The translations under genes were made by a program, and so were the position numbers. Below, piece by piece: positions 12,988-25,356 of a DNA stretch of 64,000 nt. How positions within the stretch are numbered: the first letter of the stretch is position 1; every line of letters starts with the position of its first letter. This DNA comes from Vicugna vicugna (Eukaryota): the NCBI GenBank assembly GCA_013265495.1, contig MU058423.1:6548939-6612938 (forward strand). Direction: 5' to 3'. Under the pieces are notes generated by a model. The model ran no database searches. It was not told where the DNA came from and was given only the letters and a program-made list of their open reading frames with translations.

Positions 12988-13767
12988 CAGCAGTCCCCCT
13001 TATCCAAGATTTCACTTTCCTTGGTTTCCATTACCTGTGGCCAACTACGGTCTGAAAATATTAAATGAAAAATTCCAGAAATAAACAATTTTAAATTGCA
13101 CCATCCTGTTCCATCAAGTCTGGGATGTGAATCATCTCTTTTTTCAGTGTGCCCCACTTATCAGTCACTTGGTAGACACCTCAGTTATCAGATCCACTGT
13201 AAATTTACCACAGTACTTGTGTCCAAGTAACTTCTATTTTACTTAGTAATGGCTCCAAAGCACAAGAGTAGAGAATCCATAAAGTGCTTCCTTTAAGTGA
13301 AAAGGTGAAAAAGTTCTTAACTTAGTAAGGAAAGAAAAAAATAATATGCTAAGGTTGCTAAGATCTACAGTAAGAATGAGTCTTCTATCTGTGAAATTGT
13401 GAAGTACAAAGAAATTTGCACTAGTTTTGCTATTGTACATCAAACTGCAAAAATGGGGACAGTAGGTATCAAGTCCTTATGTAGTAAGTCCTTAGTTAAA
13501 GTGGAATAGGCATTAAGTTTGTACAATGAGATATTTTGAGAGAGAGTACATTCATATAACTTTTATTACAGACTATTGTCATAAGTTTTCTATTTAATTG
13601 TTATTGGTGTTCATCTCTTTCTGAGCTTAATTTATAAATTAAAGTCTGACATAGGCATGTGTGTGTAGGAAAAATACATGTATATATAAGATCTGGTACT
13701 ATCTGAGATTCCAGGCATCCACTGTGGGTCTTGGAAAGTGTTTCCCAGGAATAAGGGAAGACTACTG
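12988..13767 (+). mobile_element. Tigger-family non-autonomous DNA transposon (MER44-like)
   Basis: Terminal inverted repeats: left CAGCAGTCCCCCTTATCC; right reverse-complements to CAGTAGTCTTCCCTTATTCC and is followed by TA. Internal GAAAATATTAAATGAAAAATTCCAGAAATAAACAAT matches my recall of MER44. Confidence 0.88.
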
Positions 13768-15052
13768 TAACACTTAACATTTAAAGTGGGTGCTGGAGTC
13801 ACAGTCTTAAGGAAAAAAAAAGTCATTTGGAAAACCTAGCATAGCAACAAGAATCACTACAGAGAAGCAATTTAAAATAAAAACTTGTAATTTGCCTAAC
13901 TCAGATTGACTGTATCCTTCAGTTAATTACATGCTCTTCAAAATGATAAAATAATGATCTCAGAGTGCCCAGATAATTGAGTGCTCTTGAATTACGTGGA
14001 ATAAGACGATTAGATTCTTTATTCTTTTACCGTCTCCTGAAATTGGTGTAATGCTTTTAAAAAGATATTCACTTGACAGTTCTAAACATGTAAGCCCTCC
14101 ATTAACCCAGAAAGCAAGCATGGAATGCAAAGGAGAGTCCAACAGCCTCACATCAGCTGTGTGCATGCTAAACACTGCTCGTATTGGACCAGTTGTAAAG
14201 TGAGAGTTTCATTCAGTTCACAGGCCATTCAGCCCTTTCTTCATTGCTGGTATATTCAGGGAGGTAGCTAATTAGCCACAGATTTGTAAAATCATTGCAG
14301 CTCAGAAAGAATCTCCAGAGATATGTTCCTTAGTATAATGATAAATTTGCTTCAAGTGTGATGCTTCTTGAGGAATATTAACTAGCTTCACCCAAGTTAA
14401 TAAAATAAACTGATTATCAGTCCAATATTCTCACTTTGTCTTAAATGGCATATCTCTATTTCCATTTGTTATTTCTGTAGTCTATGAATGACCTAAACAT
14501 ATGGTGTGGGAAAAAAATAGAGGCACTCTAATCTGAAAGCTGTTGTTCAAGTAACTAGCTTTTTTTAAAAATATATTTTCAAAGGTTTTACATTCAACAT
14601 CCACAAGCTACCACTGAGGCCTAAAAAAGGCAAGAGATATTTGACATATATAAAAAAATAAAGATATCATATGTCTTTATAAACTTCATTTTAAAAATAA
14701 TACTTAATGTGAAAAAAATTACACAGTTTAGAAAAGCTAAACACCAAATCCATCACACATTAGTACTTCCCAGGGGTAAGCGATGTTCCTAGATACTAAA
14801 ACATGTCCTTGTGATGTGATCCACATTGCTGCTGGTAAAGCACAGACTGCGGTGGAATTCCATAAAATTTGGGGATGGAGATTCACAGATAACAAAAAGG
14901 TTCCATAGTATCAGCCTCCATTTATCACTTAATTCATGCCAGTTGATTAAGGAGTGGGATATGGTACGAGATTTTTATATTTTACCAAAAGCAGGTTAGT
15001 ACAAACTTGAAGTGGTATTAACAAACACTAAAATAATATTGCAAAGAAATTA

Positions 15053-15165
15053 ATTGTGGTGTCAGGTACATGACTGTATATATTTGTCAAAACTTAACTA
15101 ACTGTACACTTTAAAATGGTAGATTTTATTATTTGCAAATTATCTCAATGAAGCTGACTTATGAA
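15053..15165 (+). mobile_element. Old L1 extreme 3' end fragment
   Basis: TACATGACTGTATATATTTGTCAAAACT...AACTGTACACTTTAAAATGG...CTCAATGAAGCTG. Confidence 0.75.
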
Positions 15166-15831
15166 AAGCAAAGCAAGCTTTCCTAGATTTTTCTACAAAC
15201 CAGGAAGTCTTATTTAAATAAAAACATTCATAGGAACAAGTCAAAATTGCCTAAAGTATGGGAAAATTTAGAAATCTGTGAAAGTTAAACAATTTCAGAA
15301 CAGAAGAAAGAGAATGTTTTCTTTCTATACTGAACTGCATACCAAAGAATGGGAAGTTGAAGAAAGAAAGAGCATTTAAAAAAATAATGGGTGATATTTG
15401 AGAATCCTATCTACGCAAATATAGTTCTAATTTATCAAATATCAGAATGTCCTGAAACTTTCGTTTCTTATTAAATACACAATTTACGTGAAACATGATG
15501 GTAAAAGATTGTCAAAAGTCATCAAGAAGAGTGACAGTGTTAATGCTTTGACCTCTGCAATGGCACTAAAGATTTTAATCGGAAACTACAGCTTTCACAT
15601 ATAAATCTGAATTTAACAACAGTTCAAATTAAATAATTTAGTCAATGTGATGCTTTTTAAAATCAGCATTTCCCAAAAGCAGGTACCCATGCTTTGTTGT
15701 AAGGAATCACCAGATGGTAAAAATGTCAAGCTCCTTCCTTGTGCATCTTTCCTCAACCCAGTAGGTATTCCTAGCACAGTTTTTTTTTTTCAGAGATATT
15801 TTATTGTTTTTCTACTTTTCATCAGGGTTGG

Positions 15832-15845
15832 GTTGCCATGGCAAT
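15832..15845. promoter_or_regulatory. RFX X-box motif
   Basis: GTTGCCATGGCAAT, 13/14 match to GTTGCCATGGCAAC with a perfect 12-bp palindromic core, in non-repeat sequence. Function is not shown. Confidence 0.55.
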
Positions 15846-17029
15846 AAAGTAGGCTATCTTGCTGGATTTCACCTTTGCTGTCTTGCTTCATACAGTTCTC
15901 TCTCCTCAGAGCAAACATGGTGGATGCTGCACACATACAGATGTCTGATTTTGTATTTCCTCCTTGAGTATGCTTGGCAGCTACTCTCCTGAGACAACTG
16001 AAGCAGCACTTCACAAACTGGCATTCATCCTTCTCTCTAATGGCCACCATCATATGTTTCACTTGCTTTGTGATCTCTCTTTTAAAAAGGACACAGTTTC
16101 TCTTGAAAGATTTCTTTTTACCGTCGAAAACAGAGTACTTTAAACATTTCAATTAACTTGGTTGTCAGATCAGAATGCCCTGTTTAATACATGCTCTTTT
16201 TCAAGTTACCCATCATTAAGATGTAAAAGGAAAAAAAAAAGTCAAAAGAGCATAGAGGCTTATCACAAATACAGGTAACCTGATTTACTCAGTGTACAAA
16301 CACATTAACTTTCAGTCTCTTCTTATTTAAATGTAGCAATTATCAATTCTTCCAACTAAGTGTAAAACATGATTGCTGACAAAGGATGCATTAGTTTTTG
16401 AAGTGGACTTGCCTCTCTGACCAAAAAATTAAAAATTCTTTCTATATTTCCTACCTATTTATCATTTCTCAAGTTCAATTCTACTTTATTTATTTGCATC
16501 TGATAGCCAGTGATGCCCAATAGTATTTCTTCATCAGGTTATTTTGGTTTGGAATTCCACTTAAAGGAAATTTGTTAGTCCTATTATACTTCAAAATGTA
16601 ATTTTTATACAACATTCATAATAGAAATTTCTATGCATTTAAGCAAAATTTGCAAGGCTAAAATTTTGACAACATTTCTAAGATCTTATAATGTTATTTT
16701 CCAATTATATTTTATTATGCGACTATTGTTGGCTTTGTCTATGTAATTTCTACCACATGATTATTATAGGTCTTACTTTAAATGTTTTGTTTTTAGTGTC
16801 CTAAAATTGATGACTTACTTTATTTTGGTAGGCTTTTTTTTTTTCCCATCCAAGTGCATAGAGTGTTCTTTCCCTATTTTTAGATAAACAATATTGTGTA
16901 TTGTGGGAATATAGGATTTTTTTTCCTGCTGGCCGTGATTTCCTTATCCTCCTTTGTCTATTTCCTCTGCAGAATCCTTCTATTCATTTCTTCTATTCAT
17001 GAAGCATCTCTCCATTATTGTACTCATTC

Positions 17030-17686
17030 TCAGCTCCCGGAAGAGTCTATGAGCCAGGTTGGCCAAAGATACCATCCACCTGGCCCCAGTGATTGTTTCA
17101 TGGATGAACATATTCCCAGTGATAGCTAGGAAACTCTTAAAGGAATGCTCTCTTTCTGCAAAGAGAATTTAGACATAAAGTAGCTAGCGGCCATCTTGCT
17201 CACAGCATGAAGTGCTTCTCTGTAGAATAGTGCCAAACAGAGATAAACTGAGCCAAAAGAGAAAGACATGAAGGCAGCTTTATGCATATCTGAAACCAGC
17301 TTTATGCATAAGTATTTCAAGTGTGTATCCTAATATTAGCCTTTTTTTATAGTTTGACTCAAACATCAGGTCTGCAGAGGCCTTACCTGCTCACAGTAAC
17401 TAAAGAAACATCTCCTCTGAGAACACATCAGTTACTACTTCCCTGCATACTTTCATCATAAGCACAACAATCTGAATTTCTCTTTATTTATTTATTTATT
17501 TCACTGTTTACAGTCTCTTTACCCCACAAGAATATAAGCTCCATCATGGCAGAATCTTTGGGTTGTTCACTATAATATTCTAGTGTCTAGAGCCGTGCTT
17601 ACCTTTCAATAAATATTTGCTGAATAAATGAATAAGTTAATGAAGCTAGTTTCAGTTTCTGTCACAAAAGAATCTGACTAATGCAT
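17030..17686 (+). mobile_element. Old MLT1 (J/K/L-like) LTR split by an L2 3' end at about 17365-17635
   Basis: CCTGGCCCCAGTGATTG...GCGGCCATCTTG (MLT1); L2 tail TCAATAAATATTTGCTGAATAAATGAAT; MLT1 end AAGCTAGTTT...TTTCTGTCAC...CTGACTAATGCA. Confidence 0.65.
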
Positions 17687-18541
17687 ACCCTATTTTTTCA
17701 GGTTATGACAATAACACAGAAATCTAGATATTGATAATTCTATTTCTTAACTTTTATTATAGTATCTTTTTTTTTCACATTGTCATGACATCTGTCTTAT
17801 TTGAGGCACTCAAATGGGTTTTCAAAATAGACTGTTAACAGAATTTCTTAATCCTTAATCTGATTCTTTGTTTCAGTCCACACACTGTTACCAGAGCAAT
17901 AGATTTAGGAGAAAAGGATTAAGTTAAGTGCATATTTTGAGTGTCAAAAGAGATCCTCCAGTATTGTGGTGCTTCAGACAAAACTGTCTCTCCCCTAGCT
18001 TCCACATATACATAGGAAGGAATTAAGAGGGATTCAAGAGCTCCATGTACTCTAAATAAAGCCTTCCCTCCGACAAATTCCACATGCCCATTGGCAAGAG
18101 TGAACAAGAGACCATATGGAACTTTATGAGCCTTTCCAGACTCACCCCCTTTCTTCCAATTCTCATAGCCTCACCTTCACAGCTTTTGAGACCACCATTT
18201 CATTTTTAATTTATCCATTTCAGGACAGGCATCACAAGACATTCAAAACTCTTAGTTCATCATGTATTCTCTGGGTACTAAACAACATGATGTCTATAAT
18301 GGGCAGAGGGGCAACTCTCCCATCCCATCTCCATCCCCAAAATTATTTAAATCAATTTCCTGCTTAATTTTTTTCTTCTGTATTTTCTCTTTCCCTTTTA
18401 TGAGCAAGAATATAAAGTTCCCTTTCATCTCCTATGAATTTCTGTAATCCTGCCACTACCCTTCTATAACACGCATAGGTATCAGTCTGAAGTTTGTCCA
18501 ATCATGGTACTTAATTCTTCTTTCCGTAAGAGATGGCCATG

Positions 18542-19043
18542 TGTAGTATCCAGCATAATGATCTCCCACCAGAGACGTCCATTTCCTCATTTCTGGAACC
18601 TGTGAATGTTATGTTATGTGGCCGAGGGAATTAAGGTAGCAGATGGAATTAAGCTGCTAACACACTGACCTAAAGATAAGGAGATTATTCTGGAACACCT
18701 ATGTGAGTCCAGTGTAATCACAAAGGTCTTTAAACATGGAAGAAGGAAATAGACGTGTCAGAGTGATGCAATATGAGAAGATTCTGACTGGCCATTGCTG
18801 GCTTTGAAAAATTAACTAAGGGGTCATGAGCCAAGGAATGCACGCAACCTCTGGAAGCTGAAAAAGTCAAGAAAACCTATTTTCCCCTAAAGCCTCCAAA
18901 AAGGAATGGAGTCTGACTGACATCTTCGTTCTAGGCGATCCATTTCAACCGTGGACCTCCAGAATTGTAAGCAATACGTTTGTGTTGTTTTAAGTCACAA
19001 TGTTTAGATAATTTATTAAAGCAGCCATAGGCAACATTTATTA
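18542..19043 (+). mobile_element. MLT1D-like solo LTR inserted in an older MLT1 LTR (about 18480-19375)
   Basis: GGAACCTGTGAATGTTATGTTATGTGGC...GCAGATGGAATTAAG...GAGCCAAGGAATGCA...CCTCCAGAATTGTAAG...GCAGCCATAGG. Confidence 0.85.
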
Positions 19044-20335
19044 GAGTTCCTATAAAATATTTTTATATTGATAATGGGAGAGAAGATAAATTTTCTTCAG
19101 AAAGATCTCAGGATTCAAGAACTTTATAAGCCTGGAGCCACCAGAAGGCCCCCCCACCTTCCACTACATGAAGAGAATGAAGGTAGCAGATGGAATCGAA
19201 AATTCTAAGAATCTCATCAATACAAGGGGGCACATCTAGGAGAGCAAACTCTACTGACATCATTTGTATCCTGGACTCTTCAGTTATGTGACTCAGTGTG
19301 TCCTTTTTTTACCTTAAGCTTTTTTGGGGGGTTAAATTTTTGTCACCTTTAGCAGAAAGAACCTTATTAAATACCATCTTATAGTTCTTTGACTCTGCCT
19401 TTACCTCCTGAAAAATGTCTGTACATACTTAAACAGGTAGCACAGCCCCCATCCCCTTTTAAGCTTTCCTAGACTCTTACAAGTAGAATTTTGCCACTTC
19501 TGTGTCTACGATAAAGCTATGCTGCTAAACCTGGCATGTCGTATTTGAGTGACAAGGTGAACTAGGATTTTCCTTATGTTTTCCATGTCCTCACCCATGA
19601 GTCAGAAAAGAAGTTTTGAAAATGATTCTTCATCACAAGAAGGTTTTTTTTAATATATTTCAGAGAAAAGAGAGCATAAGTGATACTTTAATGGTTCAAG
19701 GCCAGAATCATAGTTCATAAGAAATAAAGCCAATGTCACTTTAATCAGAGGATTATGAATTTTTCAGGGAAATAAAATGAGATATTTGCGAAGGAATTCC
19801 ATCCATGCTTGACTAGATATGATTGATTTTTGATGGGCCAGATTAAAAGTAGCTTTGATAGTAAATCAAATAACTTATCTTGTCTTCCTTGCCCCTCCAC
19901 AAATCTCTTCATCCATGACACCATAGCTTAGAGCCTGTGCATATATACACGTGTGCGCGTGCACACACACAGACATCTTCCCGGATAAGCCAGTGAACTA
20001 AAATAATCCTCTTCTCCTTTCTGGGAAAATGTAAAAAGACGTTTAGGTTTTATTTTACACGAGAGTTTTTAGTATATGAGAAAGGGGAAAGTGTAATAAG
20101 GGAACAGTGCTAGGAGTGTGGTGATGGAATAGAGACGGCTGCTGGGTGGTCTCCAAAGCAGACCTTTTATTGTTACGAGACCTAGGCAGTGATGACACCT
20201 GATTTCCTACCACCTCTCATATCCACACTGTATAGCTTTGAAACAATCTTCCAACTCCCAAATTTCCTTAATAAATAACGAAACTTCAAAGGTACCAGAA
20301 GGATATTAACTTCATAAAATGAGCTAAAAACAATG

Positions 20336-20511
20336 GTAGATCAGTAGTGTTAAGTATATTCCTATGGTTAGGCAACAGATCTCCAGAACTTTTTATAAAA
20401 CTGAAACATTATACCCACTGAACAATTCTCATTTCCCTCTCCCCCCAGCCCCTGGAAAATACCATTCTACTTTATGTTTCAATAAGTTTGACTACTTTAG
20501 ATATCTCATAT
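20336..20511 (-). mobile_element. L1 3'UTR fragment (L1MB-like)
   Basis: CAGATCTCCAGAACTTTTT...CCCCCCAGCCCCTGG...ACCATTCTACTTT...TTTGACTACTTTAGATATCTCATAT. Confidence 0.85.
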
Positions 20512-20526
20512 TTAAAAGTGTTTAAA

Positions 20527-20976
20527 TGCATAATCTGACTTATATGTGGAATTTAAAATACTCAAACTCATAGAAGCAGAGAGTAAACTGGGGGTTTCCA
20601 CAGAAGGGGGAGAGGGGTTTGGGGGAGATGCTGGTCAAAGGGTACAAAGATTCAGTTATGCACATTGAATAAGTTCTGGAAATCTAATGTGCAAAATTAT
20701 GACTATAATTAATAATACTAGATTGTATACCTGAAATTTGCTAAGAGTAAATCTTACGTCTCCTCATCACACTCACGCACACATATATACACACAAAGAA
20801 CAAAATAGCTAATTATGTGAAGTAATGGTTACGTTAATTGCCTTGATTGTGATGATTATTTCACAATGTATACACATATCAAATCATCACATTGGACACC
20901 TTATATACATACAATTGTATTTTTAATTGTTTATTATGCCTTAATAGAACTGAAAAAAAAAGAAAGAAAGAAAAAA
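20527..20976 (+). mobile_element. L1 3' end (L1MA-like) with A-rich tail
   Basis: CTTATATGTGGAAT...CAAACTCATAGAAGCAGAGAGTA...GGTCAAAGGGTACAAAG...GAAATTTGCTAAGAG...ATCAAATCATCACATTG, then an A/GAAA tail. Confidence 0.9.
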
Positions 20977-20977
20977 C

Positions 20978-21135
20978 TAGAAGAGAGACCAGCGCTCTCC
21001 TTCTCTCCACCATGTAAGGATGCATCCACCTGCAAGCCAGAAGAGAGACTTCACCAAGGAACTGAATCACCTGACACATTAATCTTGGACTTGTAGCTTC
21101 CAGAACTTTGAGAAATACATGTCTGCTACTTAAGA
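20978..21135 (+). mobile_element. MLT1A/B-like LTR fragment
   Basis: CATCCACCTGCAAGCCAGAAGAGAG...ATCTTGGACTTGTAGCTTCCAGAACTTTGAGAAATA. Confidence 0.8.
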
Positions 21136-22689
21136 AATAAACCAATAAATACAATACTTTAAATACCCAGCAATGTTAGAAGAAGCATCCCTCTTACTCC
21201 TTGTAAAGTCAGCGAGTGTTGGTAGCATTGCCATCACCATAGAGTGGAGGGCTTCAGGGAGTGTCCCTCCCTAGCTGACTGTACATTAAGGGATGAAGGG
21301 TACCTAACCTGTTTGTCAAGGAGCAGTTGGAGAGACGCTCAGTTCAATGGGCTTTACAACTTTTCTCCATTTCACCCACAAAGAATATTTATAGATAAAC
21401 CCTAAGAAACGGAAGAGTCCTAACACCCAGGGACATTGGTTACATCTTTAATTCCCTTAAAGACTAGAGGCTCCTCAAAGGAAAAAAAAAAAGACCTCTT
21501 ATTTATCTGAAACCTAAGGAATTAGTACAGAATCTTAGAGTATTAAAATTATTTATTAAATAAGTGAATAAGTAACTCTTTGATCCTTTGATCCTTAGTA
21601 TTCCCTAAAATTTACCAAGCAATTTAACATACATTATTTCATTTGAATCTCCTGTGAGCCTGAAAAGTAGACACGAATTATAAAGAGTAAAGAGAGAAAG
21701 AAAACTCCGAAGATGTTTAAGGATTCATCTTTCATTCGTCAGGTTAGTAAAGAGCATAACTAGGACAAAAACTCCAATTTTTGGACTCCTTGTCATGACC
21801 TTCCACTGTGGACAGCCTTGTTTGAAAATCTCATTTGGCAAGTCAATGAAAGATCTTTTCAAGTCTCTTACTTACTTGGTATTGAGTCTTGAGGTTTAAA
21901 GTATTTTTATTTCTTTTCACCTTTCTAGTAAGCTTATATTTAATGTACAAAAGAAGATTTTATTCATATATCTAAAAGTAGACTGTGCCTCCATTCTTGT
22001 AGTTTCTACTTAGGGGAAATCAGTATATTCTGTAAAATTAATTTAATAAAATTACTAAATCTACATTTCATAAATATTATTGCAACATTTCTTGTCTAAT
22101 TATATCTCAGATTGTATTGTTGTTTACTCTGTAAGTATTAAAAGTAATTTTAAATAAACGTATTCTTGTTTTAAGGATACTAGTTCACATTTTGCCCATC
22201 ATACGCCAAAACCCCTGCTGCACTTTTCTACAAAGACACTGAATTTCATTAGGGAAAGGAGTAATGATTATATTGCTAAAGGTGCCAAAACACTTGTGGA
22301 TAGAAAAGTCACCTTAACAGACAAAATGTTGATATTATTTCTGAAGAAATAATACACAGGCATGAAAATAAACTTAGAAAAACAAATATGATAGTGTCTG
22401 AATAAAAATTGGAAGGATTTAGTCAAAAAAATTAGGTAGTTTCTATAAATGTATTGCTCATCATGCAACATAAATAAATTAACAAGTTAAAAAGGCAAGA
22501 AAAATAAAAAAAATTTCCAAAATAATAGAGATTGAATCAAAATAATAGGGCTTGCAAATGCTACAACATCCTTACTCATCTGGCACCATGAAATTAGAGA
22601 AAAATATTTTCTATAAATTTATACGCATGTACGTATTTTCTACATATACTTAATGGAGACACACATATACTTAATGGAGAATAAATCCA

Positions 22690-23770
22690 AAGTCAACAAG
22701 CACAAAATTTAAAGTGCCATTATGGTACAGATTTCATGAGGAACACCCGAAAGATAGAAAGAAAATATAGGATCATATCCAAAGGGAAGAAAGATAAGGA
22801 GGAAAACTTACTCTAAAATAGATGGGAAAGCAGACTGTTGCAAAGGTGAAAGCACCTGAGGTTCTGAGGAGGAAACAAAATCAATCAAGCAAGCAGAAAG
22901 AAGAGTTTAAACTAAGCATAATTCATATATTAGGAAATATTTAAGGAGATAATTCATCTATAAAAAAGAATTTCCATAGAAGTATTGGTAATTAAAAGTC
23001 CATTATTAAATTGGAAACAATAGTCTAAATAGCAGAATGGACATGGTCAAAAAATAAGTAACTGCATTAGAAATCCACCAAGGGCTCCTCTCAGAACACA
23101 GGGCTAAATGCAAATGAGAAGGAAAATATTAGAGAGAAGTCAAAAGGAACAAAGATCAGATCCAGTGGTTCCAACAACTCTCAAAAAATAAGCTCCAAAA
23201 GGAGAAAAAATAAATAAATAAAATAGGGTAAATAATAATAAAAAATTTAATTAAAGTAACATTTTCACTACCAAATGAAGAAATGTGTCTTCAATTAAAA
23301 AACATGTATGAAACAACTGAAATTTCAAGACACTGTGCCCAACTCAAAAAAAAAATTATATCTTAATGGTTTACTCTCTAGTACCTCAGAATATGATTAT
23401 ATTTGGAGATAAGTCTTTTAAAGTGATTAAGTTTAAAGGAGGCCCTTAGGATGAGCCCTAATCCTTCAGGACTGGTATCCTTATATTGCAAAGGAAGAGA
23501 CACCAGGAGTGCATAGGAAAGGTGACCATCTACTAGACAAGGAGAGAGATCTCCGAAGAAACCAAATCTGCTGAGACCTTGGTCTTTGACCTCTCGTCTC
23601 CAAAAAATGCGAGAAAATGAATTTCTCTTAAGTCACTCAGTCTGTGGTATATTGCCATGGCAGCCCTAACAGACTAATATACCAAAGATGAAAAAATACT
23701 AAAAACAACTTGTAAGAAAGTACAAACAACATAACAAAATAATAATATTAACTTAATATCAGATTTCATT
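22690..23770 (+). mobile_element. Highly decayed L1/HAL1 ORF1-like region, interrupted by an MLT1 LTR
   Basis: A-rich sequence with ORF1-like motifs (GAAATTTCAAGACAC before the LTR; AAAGATGAAAAAATACTAAAA...ATCAGATTTC after it). No open frame. Confidence 0.5.
23357..23681 (+). mobile_element. MLT1A/B-like solo LTR
   Basis: CAGAATATGATTATATTTGGAGATAAG...GCCCTAATCC...GACTGGTATCCTTATA...GTCTGTGGTATATTGCCATGGCAGCCCTAACAGACTAATATA. Confidence 0.85.
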
Positions 23771-23799
23771 TGTACATCATTTCTACCTTTATTATGGTC

Positions 23800-24645
23800 A
23801 TTTAAGGATAATTATTATAATTGCATCCAGAGTCATTTCCCACTTCCCACTCTCCTCAATTCTTCTGTATTCAATTCTCTACTCTATAAAGTTATCTTTT
23901 GCAAATAAGGTCATGTAATGCCCCATGCTCATAACCTCCAATGGCTTTCCATCACATTCAAAATTAAATTTAAAGAATTTATCATTATCTAGAATTTATC
24001 TTGTATTGCTCTTTCCCTCCCTTTTATCCTTTATCCCCTCTAGCCTCATTGACCTTCTTTTCATTTTTGGAAAGTTCATTGCTATCAAACACAGTGACTC
24101 CCAACCTTGGCTGAGCATTGAAAGCACCTACAGAGCTATTAAAATATTGATGCCTGGGTTCCACTCCCGAGAGCTTTGAATATAATCAATTAGGTATGAA
24201 GCCTGGGTATCAGGATTATTTTAAAGCTCTCCAAAGAATAGTAATGGTCTTCAGTTTGAGAACCACCACTCTAAGGAACGTTCCATGGTTGCCTCTGTTT
24301 AGAATCCATTTGCCTACATCGTCACCTTCCCTTCTCTTTCTTTCATTGAAGGAAGGTCAAATATCTGATCAAATGTTCTCTGGTCAAATGTCATCTCCTC
24401 AGAGACCCTTTCTGACCATCATATGTAAACCACCTCCACCTCACCCCTCCACGCACACCTTTACTCTTTAAACATTTATTCCACTTCCGTTGTCTTTGTA
24501 GTACCTATAACCATCTGACCTAATTTATTACCTTCACTGTAGACTGCAAATACCACAGAGGAATAGACTCTTTTTTTTCCCCATCATATATTCCCAATGA
24601 CTGGCACATAGTAAAAACTAAATATTTATTGAATGAATAAATCAG
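23800..24645 (+). mobile_element. L2 3' region containing a MER5-type insertion
   Basis: AACCTCCAATGGCTTTCC...GGTCAAATGTCATCTCCTCAGAGACCCTTTCTGACC...CTGGCACATAGTA...AAATATTTATTGAATGAAT. Confidence 0.8.
24092..24270. mobile_element. MER5A-like hAT-Charlie MITE
   Basis: CAGTGACTCCCAACCTTGGCTG...GATGCCTGGGTTCCACTCC...TTTTAAAGCTCTCC...GTTTGAGAACCAC. Confidence 0.8.
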
Positions 24646-25356
24646 TTAATCAAGTGGACCTTCACCGTTCTGAGCAAAATATTTTTAATGTAAATTTCTA
24701 AACCAGCTAAACAATATTAACCTAGGAAGGAGAGAATTATACAGAGACATCAAAAGCACAAAACAAGATGAGTGGATGATGAAGAAACATGCAAATCAGA
24801 AGAGAAAGAGGATGAGGAAGAAACATGTTTACAGTAGTAAATGCTTTTGACATAGCATCAGAAGACTTGGGTTCATACAATGTTTCTGAGCCTTGGTATC
24901 CTCAATAATAATTAGAGATAATGTTACCTTCTATAAGTGTGTTAATTCCCCTTCCTCCATGGTCACATTAGACTGGTGTAGGAAAAATTTCTGGCACTTC
25001 AAGAATTATGTAGTGCTGTTTTTAAGTAAATTTAAAATAAGAGCTTTGAATTAGTCTCCTTGGGCTGCCATAACAAAATACCACAGACTGGGTGGTTTAA
25101 AGAACAGAGATTTATTTCTCATGGTTCTAGAGACTGGAAGTGAAACATCAAGGTGACAGCAGGGCTGGTTTCTGTTAAGACTTAACCTCCTTGGCTTGTA
25201 GAAAGCTGCATTCTCACTGTGTCTTCACATGCCTTTCCTCTGTGCACACATACTCTGGTGTCTTCCTCTTATAAGAAAACAGGCCCTATTGGATTAGCAC
25301 TCCACCTGATTTAATTCTGATTACCTGATTTATGATCTAATTTAATTCTGATTATC

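Noticed and set aside
18633..19196. Exact 17-mer AAGGTAGCAGATGGAAT at 18633 and 19180
   Set aside because: Both copies lie inside nested MLT1 LTRs and do not flank an element; not a TSD, most likely related ancestry or chance.
22642..22680. 21-bp-period duplication ACATATACTTAATGGAGA
   Set aside because: Only two units; an ordinary local tandem duplication.
23651..23664. ATTGCCATGGCAGC X-box-like palindrome
   Set aside because: Part of the MLT1 LTR terminal sequence.
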